A stretch of 64,000 nucleotides of DNA from an uncultured delta proteobacterium (GCA_963778655.1 CAVZVA010000008.1:32001-96000); one strand, 5' to 3'; positions 20,643-30,680 are shown, counted from the stretch's first letter. Made by a program: numbers and translations. Notes: generated by a model not told the origin, from the sequence alone.

Positions 20643-22385
20643 ATGATGCACGCATCGGCCTCAGCCACGCGCTCGCGCGCTGCGCGCCCTTCACCGGGTC
20701 CCGCGCTCGCGCTGCTGCTACTGTGCGGCCTGTTCGAGCTGCCCGCGTGCTTGCTGCCGGAGCCGTTCCGGCCGACCGGCGAGCTGATGCTGCTGCTTGC
20801 GGGCTGGCTGCTCGGGTTGCGGCTGCAGCCGCGCCGCCGCCGGCTGCTGTTCTGGCTGCTCGGGTTGGCGGCGGCTGCGCTCGCGCTGGTGCGCGCGGAT
20901 CGGGTGGCATTTCTGCGCTTCATGGGCGAGGAGCCGCTGCTCTACGACCAGCTCTTCATGCTGCGCCACCTGCTGGTGCTGTTCTCCGATCTGTGGAGCT
21001 GGCGCGTCGGCGCGATGCTGAGCGGGATCGTGGTCGCCGTCGCCCTGTGCGTCTTCGCGCTGCGCCGAGCTTGCAGCGCGCTCGGACGTGTGCTGCTCGC
21101 CGGCGACTCCCGGGTCTCGGCGCGGGCCGGGGCCGCGCTGCTCGTCTTGGCCCTGGCCGGCAGCGTGCTGCCCGCGGGCGCCTCGCCCTGCGTGCGCTTC
21201 ATGACCCCGCGCCTGCTCGCGGATCTCGCGCGCTCGCGGCGCATCTACGCCGGCGTGCAGCGCGGCATCGGGCGCTCACCCTACCGGCCGCTGGCCGCGC
21301 TCGAGCTGCGGCGCAGGCCGGACGTGTACCTGATCTTCGTCGAGAGCTATGGCCGCGTGCTGCTGGAGGACGCCCGGCTGCGGCCGGGCTACGAGGCGCA
21401 GATCCGCGCCATGCAGCGCGCGCTCGAAGACGCGGGCTGGCACGCGGTCAGCGACTTCAGCTCGGCGCCGATCATGGGCGGCCGCTCCTGGCTCGCCGAG
21501 GGCTCGGTGTTGATGGGCATCCACGTGGCGTACGAGGCCGTGTTCCGGCACCTGATCGAGCAGATCGCGCGCGTGCCCAACCTGGTCTCGTTCCTTTCGG
21601 GGCACGGCTACAACACCGTCCTGCTCGCGCCCTCCGACCGCAAGCGGCCCGGCGTCGAGGAGGTCAACTATTACCACCATCAGCGTTGCGTGCGCTTCGA
21701 CGACCTCGGCTATCGCGGTCCACGCGTGGGCTGGGGCATCGTGCCCGACCAGTACAGCCTGTTCTACACCGACGAGCACGTGCTGCGCGGCACTCCGCGC
21801 CCGCTGTTCCTGGAGTACCACATGGTCACCTCGCACGCGCCTTGGGAGGACGTGCCCCGGCTGGTGCCCGACTATCGCGCGCTCAACGAGCGGCCGGGCG
21901 AGCCGCTCGACGATGAGGACACCGGCGAAGGGCTACGGCGACTGCGGCGCTATGTGCACTGGAAGCGGCGCTTCGCCTACCTCGGGCCGCTGGGCGCGCG
22001 CATGGCGGACGGTTACGGGGCCACCGTGCGCTACGACCTGCAGGTGCTGCAGCGGTTCCTCCTGGGTCTGCAGGACGACGCGCTGGTGATCGTGATCGGC
22101 GACCATCAGCCGCCGTTCCTGGCCGCCGGCACCCGCAGCTTCGACACGCCGGTGCACGTGCTGGCTCGCGATCCGGCGCTGCTGCAGGAGCTGCGCGAGC
22201 ACGGCTTCGCCGGCGGTCTGTGGCTCGGCTCGACTGCGCACGTTCCTGTGCGCCACGAGGGCCTGTTTTCGCTGCTCGCGCGCGACCTGGCGCGCTGCTG
22301 CGGCAATTCGCCCCGGCTGCCTGCCTACCTGCCGCACGGCGCCGACCTGGAAGGCTTGCAAGCGCGCAGCCCCGGTCGCAAGTAA
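20643..22385 (+). CDS. Membrane-anchored sulfatase/LTA-synthase-fold (alkaline phosphatase superfamily) protein
   Basis: 4-5 N-terminal TMs; DVYLIFVESYG, P..GGRSWLA, VPDQYSL, TSHAPW, IGDHQP. Confidence 0.8.
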   Translation: MMHASASATRSRAARPSPGPALALLLLCGLFELPACLLPEPFRPTGELMLLLAGWLLGLRLQPRRRRLLFWLLGLAAAALALVRADRVAFLRFMGEEPLLYDQLFMLRHLLVLFSDLWSWRVGAMLSGIVVAVALCVFALRRACSALGRVLLAGDSRVSARAGAALLVLALAGSVLPAGASPCVRFMTPRLLADLARSRRIYAGVQRGIGRSPYRPLAALELRRRPDVYLIFVESYGRVLLEDARLRPGYEAQIRAMQRALEDAGWHAVSDFSSAPIMGGRSWLAEGSVLMGIHVAYEAVFRHLIEQIARVPNLVSFLSGHGYNTVLLAPSDRKRPGVEEVNYYHHQRCVRFDDLGYRGPRVGWGIVPDQYSLFYTDEHVLRGTPRPLFLEYHMVTSHAPWEDVPRLVPDYRALNERPGEPLDDEDTGEGLRRLRRYVHWKRRFAYLGPLGARMADGYGATVRYDLQVLQRFLLGLQDDALVIVIGDHQPPFLAAGTRSFDTPVHVLARDPALLQELREHGFAGGLWLGSTAHVPVRHEGLFSLLARDLARCCGNSPRLPAYLPHGADLEGLQARSPGRK

Positions 22386-22491
22386 GCGCCGATCTCAATA
22401 CCTTGCGGCCCGGGGTAGGCCAGTTGGTTGTCTGGGATGCGAGCGGACGCACGCGTCCGCCGCACCTGCATTCCCCATACGGCTATACGAT

Positions 22492-22502
22492 GTACACTGT
22501 AC
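22492..22502. promoter_or_regulatory. Possible operator (GTACACTGTAC) upstream of the permease gene
   Basis: Near-palindrome within a run of TAC repeats about 50 bp before ATG 22551. Confidence 0.3.
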
Positions 22503-22550
22503 GGGACCGGGAGTGCAGCTCGTGTATGCTCCGGCGCGAAGTTCGTGGGC

Positions 22551-25112
22551 ATGTTCACCTTGGTCAAGCGGCTCAGCGTGCCGCATCTCGCGAAGGCCCC
22601 GCTGCGCTCCGGCCTGGTGGTGTTGGGAATCGCGCTGGGCGTCGCGATGTTGGTCGCGTCACGCGCGACCTCCGACGCAATGCTGACGACCTTCGATGAT
22701 CTGGTGAAGCGTATCGCGGATCGCGCCGATCTGGTGGTGACCGGCAACGAGTCGGGCATCCCGATTGCGCTGGTCGCCAAGGTCGCGGAGGTCGCGGGCG
22801 TGGCGCACGCAGCACCGGCGCTGGAGGTCACCACCAGCTTGGTCTCCGACGGCGAGCCGCTGTTGATTCTGGGCGTGGACTTTCTGGGCGACCCGCACTT
22901 CCTGCCGTTTCGCGCCGAGGGCGGCGGCACGCTGGTCGCCGATCCGCTGGCCTTCATCAATGATCCGGCCGCGCTGCTGATCAGCCGCGCGCTGGCGCAG
23001 CGCCACGGCCTGGGGGTGGGCAGCCGGGTCGCAGTGCTCGGCGCCGGCGGCGTTCGCACGCTGATCGTGCGCGCGGTGCTGCAGGACAGCGGACCTGCCG
23101 CATCGTTCGGCGGGCAGGTGGCGGTGATGTCGCTCGACGCGGCGCAGCTCGCGTTCGGCCGCGGCACGCTGGTCGATCGCATCGACGTCGCGCTCGTGCC
23201 CAACGCCGACCAGGTGCAGGTGATGGGGCGGCTGCGCACTGCGCTGGCGGGCGCGGCCCAGGTGGAGCTTCCCGCGCAGCTCGGCAGGCGCATGCGAGCC
23301 CTGTCCAAGCCGCTCAGCGACGGGATTGAGCTCAGCGGCGTGCTCGTGTTGTTCGTGGCGGTCTTCATCATCTACAACGCGGTCGGCGTGGCGGTCGCGC
23401 AGCGGCGCCGCGAGGTGGGCGTGCTGCGCGCGCTGGGCGTGTTGCGGCACCAGGTGGTGATGTTGTTCTGCATCGAGGCGGCGGTGCTCGCGCTGGTGGG
23501 CGTCGCGCTCGGCCTGTCGCTGGCGCAAGAGCTGGTCGCGCTGACGCATGCGGAGACCGAGCTCGCGATCAGCCGGCTGTACGGCAGCACGCCGGCGGTG
23601 CCCGCGATCACACTGGCGAACGCGCTGTGCGGCGGGCTCGCGGGCGTGGCCGTGGCGTTGGTCTCGGCCTACCTGCCGGCGCGGCGCGGCGCGCGGCTCG
23701 ACCCGGTCGCCGCGCTGCAGCAGACCTCGGCCCTTTCCTCGAGCCAGGCACTGCCTTACGTGGCGCTCGGGCTGGCGGGCGCGGCGCTGATGGTGCTGGC
23801 CCGCCCGGTCGCCGAGCAGGGCAGCATCTTGGCGGCCTACCTTGCTACCGTGGTCAACCTCACCGGCGCCGGCCTGCTGGTGCCGCTGCTGCTCGTGACC
23901 CTGCGCCGCGCGCTGCTTCCGCTGTTGCGCCGCACCGGCGCCGTCTCGGTGCGGCTCGGCCTCGATTACGTGGAGCGCAACCTCAGCCGTAGCACCATGA
24001 ACGTGCTCGCATTGATGGTGGCGGTCGCGCTCAGCCTGGGCACCAGCGGCTGGCTGCGCTCCTTCGAGCACTCGGTGCGCGCCTGGTTCGAGCAGGTCAG
24101 CGCTGCCGATCTGGTGGTCACCGCGGGCTCGCCGCTGGCGGACCGCCACCGCATGCCGCTTTCACCCGACACCCTGCAGCGCCTGCACGGCCTGCCGGGG
24201 GTGGCGGAGGTGCAGGCCATGCGCATGATCGACCAGGGCTACGGCGCCAAGAGCTTTCGTCTGGTGGCATCCGATACGCGCGCGTACCTCGAGCAATCGG
24301 AGCGGCGGGGCAAGCCCTGGAAGGTGCTGCAGGGCGAGCAGCCGATCGCGCCGGGCGAGCTGGCGGACGCGCCGCGCATCGTGCTGGCCGAGAACGCGGC
24401 CCAGCGGCTGGGACTGTTCGCCGGCGACCGCATGACCCTGCAGACCCCGTCGGGCCCGACCTCGTTCGAGGTCAGGGCGGTCGTGGTCGACTATTCGTCC
24501 GGGCTCGGGGCGGGCTTCATCGATCGCAAGTTCTACCTGCGCAGCTGGCAGGACCCCGCGATCGACGTGGTCAACCTGTATCTGGCGCCCGGCGCCCGGC
24601 CGGCCGCGGTAGCCCAGGCGGTGCGCGCGCGCCTGGGCGGCGGCGGCGGGTTGTTCGTGACCGAGACCGGCACGCTGCGCGAAGAGTTCGTGCGCCTCGC
24701 TGACGAGAGCTTTTCGTACACGCGCGCGCTTGAGCTGATCATGCTCGTGATCGCCATCACCGGCGTGATCGGGACCATGGTGGCGGCCGTGCTCGATCGC
24801 ACACGCGAGATCGGGCTGCTGCGGGCGATCGGCGCGACCCGGCTGCAGATCGCGGTGGCGGTGCTGGTCGAGGCGGGCTTTCTCGGGCTGTGCGCCGCCT
24901 GCGCGGGCGTGGTCGCGGGCAGCGTCCACTGCGCGCTGCTGCTGCACACAGTGGTTGCACGCAGCTCGGGCTGGCACCTCGACTTCGTGTTCCCCACCGC
25001 CAGCGTGCTGCGCGTCAGCGCGCTGGTGATCGCCGCAGCCGCCGCAGCCGGGTTGGCGCCGGCCGTGCGCGCGGCCCGGCTCGACGTCAAGGACGCCCTG
25101 GTCGGGGAGTGA
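22551..25112 (+). CDS. FtsX/MacB-type ABC transporter permease (duplicated architecture)
   Basis: RS.L.VLGIALGVA, AQRRREVGVLRALG, LDRTREIGLLRAIGA, PA.RAAR. Confidence 0.9.
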   Translation: MFTLVKRLSVPHLAKAPLRSGLVVLGIALGVAMLVASRATSDAMLTTFDDLVKRIADRADLVVTGNESGIPIALVAKVAEVAGVAHAAPALEVTTSLVSDGEPLLILGVDFLGDPHFLPFRAEGGGTLVADPLAFINDPAALLISRALAQRHGLGVGSRVAVLGAGGVRTLIVRAVLQDSGPAASFGGQVAVMSLDAAQLAFGRGTLVDRIDVALVPNADQVQVMGRLRTALAGAAQVELPAQLGRRMRALSKPLSDGIELSGVLVLFVAVFIIYNAVGVAVAQRRREVGVLRALGVLRHQVVMLFCIEAAVLALVGVALGLSLAQELVALTHAETELAISRLYGSTPAVPAITLANALCGGLAGVAVALVSAYLPARRGARLDPVAALQQTSALSSSQALPYVALGLAGAALMVLARPVAEQGSILAAYLATVVNLTGAGLLVPLLLVTLRRALLPLLRRTGAVSVRLGLDYVERNLSRSTMNVLALMVAVALSLGTSGWLRSFEHSVRAWFEQVSAADLVVTAGSPLADRHRMPLSPDTLQRLHGLPGVAEVQAMRMIDQGYGAKSFRLVASDTRAYLEQSERRGKPWKVLQGEQPIAPGELADAPRIVLAENAAQRLGLFAGDRMTLQTPSGPTSFEVRAVVVDYSSGLGAGFIDRKFYLRSWQDPAIDVVNLYLAPGARPAAVAQAVRARLGGGGGLFVTETGTLREEFVRLADESFSYTRALELIMLVIAITGVIGTMVAAVLDRTREIGLLRAIGATRLQIAVAVLVEAGFLGLCAACAGVVAGSVHCALLLHTVVARSSGWHLDFVFPTASVLRVSALVIAAAAAAGLAPAVRAARLDVKDALVGE

Positions 25113-25224
25113 GGCGAATTTGGCAGTCTGGCTGCAGCGGCGTCAGGCCGTTGCCGCGGGTCGCCGAGGCAACGTATCATCCGGGCCCCGCGGCGCCGGC
25201 CTGTCCGCGTCGCCCCTCCCAATC

Positions 25225-26349
25225 ATGAGCACTATGCCCGCTGTCTTCTCCACCCAGCCCGGGGTCGTCTGGAACAAGCAGTCGATCCTGTTCTCCGCCT
25301 GCAACGAGGACTCGCACAGCGAGCTGCGCGCATTCGAGTCGCTGGCCGGCAAACGCGTGTTCTGCGTGACCGCGAGCGGCGGGCGCGTGCTCAACCTGCT
25401 GGCGGAGCGACCGAAGTCGCTGCTGGCGGTCGACCTCAACCCCGCGCAGAACGCCTTGCTCGAGCTCAAGATCGCCGCGATGCGCGAGCTGGACCACGAC
25501 GGTTATCTGCGTTTTCTGGGCGTGCGCGGCGACGGATCCCGGCCGCAGACCTACGCGCGGTTGCGCTCGCAGCTCTCGGAGAACGCGCGCGGCTTCTTCG
25601 ACCGCGTGCCGGCGCTCTTGGCGCGCGGCATCCTGTTCCAGGGCAACCTCGAGCGCTACCTGCAACGGGTGGCTGTGCTGATGCGGCTGGCGCGGCCGTT
25701 CGGCCTGCAAAGCCTAGTCGATGCGCCCGACCTCGAGGCCCAGCGCGCCTTCATGGATCGGCTGGAAACGCCGCTGTGGCGCGTGCTCACTCAGACGCTG
25801 TCGCGGCGCCGGGTGCTCTTGTTGTTCTCCGGCGACCCGGGCTTCTTCCGCTACCTGCCGCCCGAGCTACCGCTGCACAGCTGGCTGTACGAGCGCATCC
25901 ACGGCTACCTGCGCCAGAACCTGCTGCGCGACAACGCGCTGCTGCAGCTGGTGTTCTTCGGCCGTTACGTATGGGAGCCGGCGCTGCCGATCTACCTGCA
26001 CGCCGACAGCTTCGAAGCGGTCAAGGCCGCGCTCGGGCAGGTCGAGATCGAGATCAAGACGGCCACCGTCGAGCAGGCGCTGGCGCAGGCCGGTCCGAGC
26101 GCATTCGATGCGTTCTCGCTCTCCGACATCTCGTCGTACCTCGATGACGCTGCCCACCACCGCTTGTTCGAACGCGTGCTCGAGGCCGCGGCGCCCGAGG
26201 GGCGCATCTGCTCGCGCAGCGTGCTGCATCACAGGCCGCTGGCTCCGCGGCTGGCCGGCCGCTTGCAGCGCGCGCCCGCGCTGGAGCACGAGCTCTCGCG
26301 CAAGGACCACGCCTGTCTGCACGAGTTCGTGGTCGGCCAGATCCGCTAG
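25225..26349 (+). CDS. DUF3419 / BtaA-like SAM-dependent protein
   Basis: ILFSACNED, VTASGG..L.LL, AVDLNPAQNALLELK, G..E.Y, FSLSDISSY. Confidence 0.8.
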   Translation: MSTMPAVFSTQPGVVWNKQSILFSACNEDSHSELRAFESLAGKRVFCVTASGGRVLNLLAERPKSLLAVDLNPAQNALLELKIAAMRELDHDGYLRFLGVRGDGSRPQTYARLRSQLSENARGFFDRVPALLARGILFQGNLERYLQRVAVLMRLARPFGLQSLVDAPDLEAQRAFMDRLETPLWRVLTQTLSRRRVLLLFSGDPGFFRYLPPELPLHSWLYERIHGYLRQNLLRDNALLQLVFFGRYVWEPALPIYLHADSFEAVKAALGQVEIEIKTATVEQALAQAGPSAFDAFSLSDISSYLDDAAHHRLFERVLEAAAPEGRICSRSVLHHRPLAPRLAGRLQRAPALEHELSRKDHACLHEFVVGQIR

Positions 26350-26363
26350 CTCGTTTTGCAATC

Positions 26364-26595
26364 GGGAGGGCCACGCGCCCCTCCCGCCCCACCGGCAAAG
26401 CCGCCTGGGCCCCACCCTTCCGCGGGGTCGCTACGCTTCCACGTCGCAGCAGGCGCCGCAAACCCTCTGTTCGGTGCTGATTCAGAGCTCGCGATTCGGG
26501 ATCGAATCACGAGCTCTGATTTCTGCTTTGATTGTCAGGGAGTCGCGCCGACTCCCTGTGCGCGAGCCAAAGCCTCGCGCATTCACCCTCTCGCG
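26364..26595. repeat. Family-A REP-like multi-hairpin element, right half inverted relative to 11007-11171
   Basis: gggagggccacgcgcccctccc..ccggcaaagccg in the same orientation; 29-nt exact and 31-nt near-exact inverted modules. Confidence 0.8.
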
Positions 26596-26633
26596 GTGGT
26601 GCGGCATCCGCCGCATCATTTAGGGTTCCGACT

Positions 26634-29600
26634 TCACGCTTCGCGATCTGCTCTCGCGTCCGTCAGCGCCGTCGCCGCCGGAGCCGCGTCGCCCAGGTCG
26701 AGCAGGCAGCGCGCGATCGCGGCAGCGGTCTCGATCGGCAGCCGCACCTCGGACTCGGGCGGGAAGTACAGCACAGCCGCGCCCGCGGTGGTCGCGCCTT
26801 CCGGCCCTTCGCAGCGCAGCAGCAGCGGATAGGCCGTCTGGCGCTCCGGCCTGAAGCTGCCGGTCCAGTGCTTGCTGAGGGTGGCGTCGGTGGCGCCGAT
26901 GACCACGGTCATGTACTCGGTGGCGACCTCTTCGTTCTGAGAGTATTCGCCGATCAGGCGTTCCAGCACGGACTCGAGGTTCTCGTCGGCCGAGCGCCCG
27001 TCACTTGCCGCCACCAGCTCGAGGCCCAGCCCGCCGACCACGTAGAGCTGCGCGTCCGCCGCGCCCGATTCCTCCAGCAGCAGCCGCAGCGCTCGCTCGT
27101 AACGCTCCTTGCGCAGCCCGCACTGGCTCAGGACATTACGCACGCGCGTAATCGGCGGGGTCGCAACGGTCTCGGCTTGCGTCTCGTCGGGGCCATCGAA
27201 CAGGCCGGCATGCCGCGCTTCGTGCAACAGTCGATTGAACTTGGCCATCAGGGCGGGGTTGTCTTCACCCAGCGCGTATTGCTCCTTGCACCGCGCCAGA
27301 TGCATTTCGAAGGCCTCGCGGTCGCCGAGCTGGATCGCGATGCGCGCGCGGGCTTCGTGCGGCAGGGCCGCGATGATTCCTTTGGCGCCTTCGGTCATGG
27401 GCGCGATCGTGGCATCGATGCGCCGCGCGGCGCCCTCGGCGTCACCCATGCGCGCCTCGACCGTGGCGAGGTCGACCTCCAGGTGGCGCGCGAAGCGGTG
27501 GTTTTCGTCCGCGCGGGCGAGGGCGATCGCCTGCTCCGCCGCGGCCTTGGCCTCCTGCAGCCTGCCCAGCTCGCGCAGCGCGACGATCCGGCAGCTCAGC
27601 GCCAGGTTCCACAGCGAATGGCCCCCCGGCTCCATCTGTGCGAGCGCTTCGTCTGCGGCCTCGAGCGCTGCGGTGTAGTCGCGGCGAGCCCGCGCGAGCG
27701 AGGCCCGCACGTAGATCACATCGACGCGGAACGATGCGTGCAGCCGCGCCAGCTCCTCCAGCGCGGGCAGGGTGTTCTGAAGCCCCCGCACGTCGTCGGA
27801 CAGCGCATAGCCGAAGAGCAGCGCGCGGGCGCCGACCGCGGCCAGGGGAGGGCGTTGCCGCCGCTCGAGCGAGCGCAGCTCGATGCGCATTCGCAGCTGC
27901 TCGGCCAGCGCCACGTTGCCGAGCGCGAGTGCCCAGCCCAGCCGTACCATCCAACCCGCCGGCGCCCACAGCTCGTCGCGCTCGAGCTCATCGGCGATCA
28001 CCAGCGCGGAGGAGCGGCCGGACCCGGCCTGGATCGCACCCATCATGTATTGCAGGGCGTGGACCACGTCGCGCTGCACCTGGGGTGTCAGGCCCGGCAC
28101 GTCGGGACGCGAGTAGAACGCCACGGCATCTTCGGTGAGCTCCAGCGCGCGGTCGTAGCGGCCCATGATGAACGCCAGCTGCCCCGGCATGGTCAGGTCG
28201 CGCATGCGCTGCAGAGAAGGCGAGAGCGCCGCAAATGTCTCGACCAGGGGCTGTAGCTCGCGCAGTAGCGCGACCTCGTGCGCGCCGCCGATGAAGATCA
28301 GGGTCTCGCGGATCATCTCCACCAGGTGCAGCATGGCGGGCAGCGGCTCGCGCACGCGCTCGGTCTCCGGCGTCTGCGCGTAGCGCTGCTGGGCCGCGGC
28401 AAATGCCGCGGACAGGCGTGCGAGCGGCTCGGCCGAAGGATCGCCGCGCTCCCAGTCGAGACCGCCCGCCTCGCGGTAGTGGTAGGCGAGCACCTCGCGC
28501 GCATGGCGCGGAACGTCCGGCACTGTCAGCGCCTTGCCCGCGCGCACCAGCTCTTCGAGCAGCCCGAGCCGATCGCGGTGAGGCCGGCCGAGCTGCGTGC
28601 AGGCATTGGCCGCTGCCAGCAGCAGCTCCGCGTACCCCGGCGGGTGCGCGGCCCAGCGCGAGCCGCGTGCGAGCTCGGCATTCAGCGTGGCGATCGCGCC
28701 CGCTTGGTCGCCGGCCTCCCATTCGAAGCGCGCGACCAGGAGCGGGTCGCGCTCGCGCTTGCGCAGGGCGCCTGCCACCCGTGTGGCTGCGACGGCGCGC
28801 TCGGCGGGCCGGGCCGCCGCCTCGATCGCCATGCGCCAGCCGTTGCCGGCAAGCGCATAGCTGAGGCCGTCGCTGGCGAGCACCTGCGCGCCCAGCAGCG
28901 TGTCGACCGCCACCCCCACGCGGCCCACGTCGTCGTATCCGGCGAGCTCGGCATACGCGTCGAAGCCGAGCCCCGCATCGGCGGCCACGGCCAAGGCGAT
29001 CGCCAGCTCGCGCGCGTCGGCGTCTAGCTTGGCGATCTTGGCGCCGCGCACTTCGTCCAGCGTGGCTGGAAGCGCGTCCGCAGCCAGCCGGGCCGGCAGC
29101 ACCCATGAGCCCAGGCCGTAGCGCACCAGCCCGCGGTCCACAAGGTGCTGTGCCAGCTCCATCGTGGCGCGCGGCGAGCCGTCGGCGCGCTCGAAGATGC
29201 GCCCGGCGGTGAGCGCAAGCCCCGCCACCTGGCCGAAGACCGAAGCCAGCAGCGCCTCGGTGTCGGCCCGGCTCAACCCGGATAGGCGCAGCACCTGCGC
29301 GCCGGTCTCGATCACCGCGAGCGCCGCGGGTCGTGCCCGCGCGTCGTCGCTGCTGGCCGCGACCGCGACCAGCACGCGGCCGTTGCGGAACGCCTGAGCC
29401 ACCGCGGCCAGCGCCGCCAGCGACACGTCGTCGCAGCGCTCGGCGTCGTCGATCGCCAGTACGGTCGGCGTGGCCGTGCTCAGCGCGAGCAGCCACTCGA
29501 CCAGCGCGGCGTGCAGCGGCGCGCGATCGGCATCGGTGGCCTGCGCCGCCGGCAGGCACGCGCGCAGCGTCGCGCGCGCCGTCTCCGTCCTCTGACTCTC

Positions 29601-30680
29601 CGGTCTCTCCGCGCTGTCGAGCTCTGCGATCAGGGCCGACAACAGGCCGTACGGCCTGACCGCGTCGGCCGCGCCGCCACGCGCGCACAGCGCGCCGCTA
29701 AGCTTGGCCTCGACCACGCAGGTCTCGAGCATGCGCGAGCGACCCGACCCACTCGAGCCCTCGATCCAGAGCGTGCCGCCGCCGTGGGTGTGCAACCGCC
29801 GCAGCCGCGTGCGTACCGCGTCGACGGTGTCGTCCCGGCCCACCAGGCGCGGGCTCGCGAGGTACGCCAGGGACACGTCGATCTGCTCGACGCGCGGCAG
29901 CCCCCCGATCGCCGACAGCCGCTCCATCACCTCGTTGGCGCTGCGCGGGCGCGCGGTCGGCTCCAGGCTCAGCAGCGACATCACCAGCAAGTCGAGCTCG
30001 GGCGGAAGGTCGGGCACGACCTGCGAGAGCCGTCTCGGCATGCGGCGCCAGGCGCCGCGCAGCGCGGCGAGCGTGCGCGCCGGGAAGGCGTGACGGCCGC
30101 TGAGCGCGTAGTACAGCGAGCCGCCCACCGCGAACAGGTCCGCCCGGCCGTCGATCGGCTGGCCGTAAAGGGCTTCGGGTGGGACCAGTGGCGGCGTGCC
30201 GACCACGCGCTTGACGTAGCCCATCGGCGACATCGCGCCGAAGTCGAGCAGCTTCGCGCCGCCGTCGGACCGACAGCGGATGTTCTTGGGCGAGATGTCG
30301 CGGTGCACCAGACCGCGCGCGTGCAGCAGCGCGAGCGAGGAGCAGACGTCGCGAAACACGCGGCACGCCTGCTGCCACGGCAGCGGCGAGCGTGCCTGCA
30401 GGTCGTCGCCGTCGAGCAGCTCCATCGTGTAGTAGGGGCTCTCGTCGTCCTGGCCGTAGTCGTAGACCTCGACCACGCTCGGATGCGACAGATCGCGCAG
30501 CGTGCGGTACTCGCGATGGAACAGCTCGATCACCGCGGCGTGCCGCTCGGGCTCGTCGGGCAGCGTCAGGCGCTTGAGCGCACAGGCCTGTCCCGTGCTC
30601 GGGTCGACGGCGCGGAACACGGACGCCATGCCCCCGCGTCCGAGCAGCTCGTGGATCGCATAACGCCCCATCGCAGTCAT
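26634..30680 (-). CDS. Ser/Thr protein kinase fused to an AAA/STAND-like ATPase, helical repeats and a C-terminal GAF-like domain
   Basis: LGRGGMASV, ALKRL, HRDISPKN, DFG, GTPP; LVGRD, IEGSSGSGRS, LAIDDAE, ADGSP. Confidence 0.88.
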   Translation of the reverse strand: MTAMGRYAIHELLGRGGMASVFRAVDPSTGQACALKRLTLPDEPERHAAVIELFHREYRTLRDLSHPSVVEVYDYGQDDESPYYTMELLDGDDLQARSPLPWQQACRVFRDVCSSLALLHARGLVHRDISPKNIRCRSDGGAKLLDFGAMSPMGYVKRVVGTPPLVPPEALYGQPIDGRADLFAVGGSLYYALSGRHAFPARTLAALRGAWRRMPRRLSQVVPDLPPELDLLVMSLLSLEPTARPRSANEVMERLSAIGGLPRVEQIDVSLAYLASPRLVGRDDTVDAVRTRLRRLHTHGGGTLWIEGSSGSGRSRMLETCVVEAKLSGALCARGGAADAVRPYGLLSALIAELDSAERPESQRTETARATLRACLPAAQATDADRAPLHAALVEWLLALSTATPTVLAIDDAERCDDVSLAALAAVAQAFRNGRVLVAVAASSDDARARPAALAVIETGAQVLRLSGLSRADTEALLASVFGQVAGLALTAGRIFERADGSPRATMELAQHLVDRGLVRYGLGSWVLPARLAADALPATLDEVRGAKIAKLDADARELAIALAVAADAGLGFDAYAELAGYDDVGRVGVAVDTLLGAQVLASDGLSYALAGNGWRMAIEAAARPAERAVAATRVAGALRKRERDPLLVARFEWEAGDQAGAIATLNAELARGSRWAAHPPGYAELLLAAANACTQLGRPHRDRLGLLEELVRAGKALTVPDVPRHAREVLAYHYREAGGLDWERGDPSAEPLARLSAAFAAAQQRYAQTPETERVREPLPAMLHLVEMIRETLIFIGGAHEVALLRELQPLVETFAALSPSLQRMRDLTMPGQLAFIMGRYDRALELTEDAVAFYSRPDVPGLTPQVQRDVVHALQYMMGAIQAGSGRSSALVIADELERDELWAPAGWMVRLGWALALGNVALAEQLRMRIELRSLERRQRPPLAAVGARALLFGYALSDDVRGLQNTLPALEELARLHASFRVDVIYVRASLARARRDYTAALEAADEALAQMEPGGHSLWNLALSCRIVALRELGRLQEAKAAAEQAIALARADENHRFARHLEVDLATVEARMGDAEGAARRIDATIAPMTEGAKGIIAALPHEARARIAIQLGDREAFEMHLARCKEQYALGEDNPALMAKFNRLLHEARHAGLFDGPDETQAETVATPPITRVRNVLSQCGLRKERYERALRLLLEESGAADAQLYVVGGLGLELVAASDGRSADENLESVLERLIGEYSQNEEVATEYMTVVIGATDATLSKHWTGSFRPERQTAYPLLLRCEGPEGATTAGAAVLYFPPESEVRLPIETAAAIARCLLDLGDAAPAATALTDARADREA

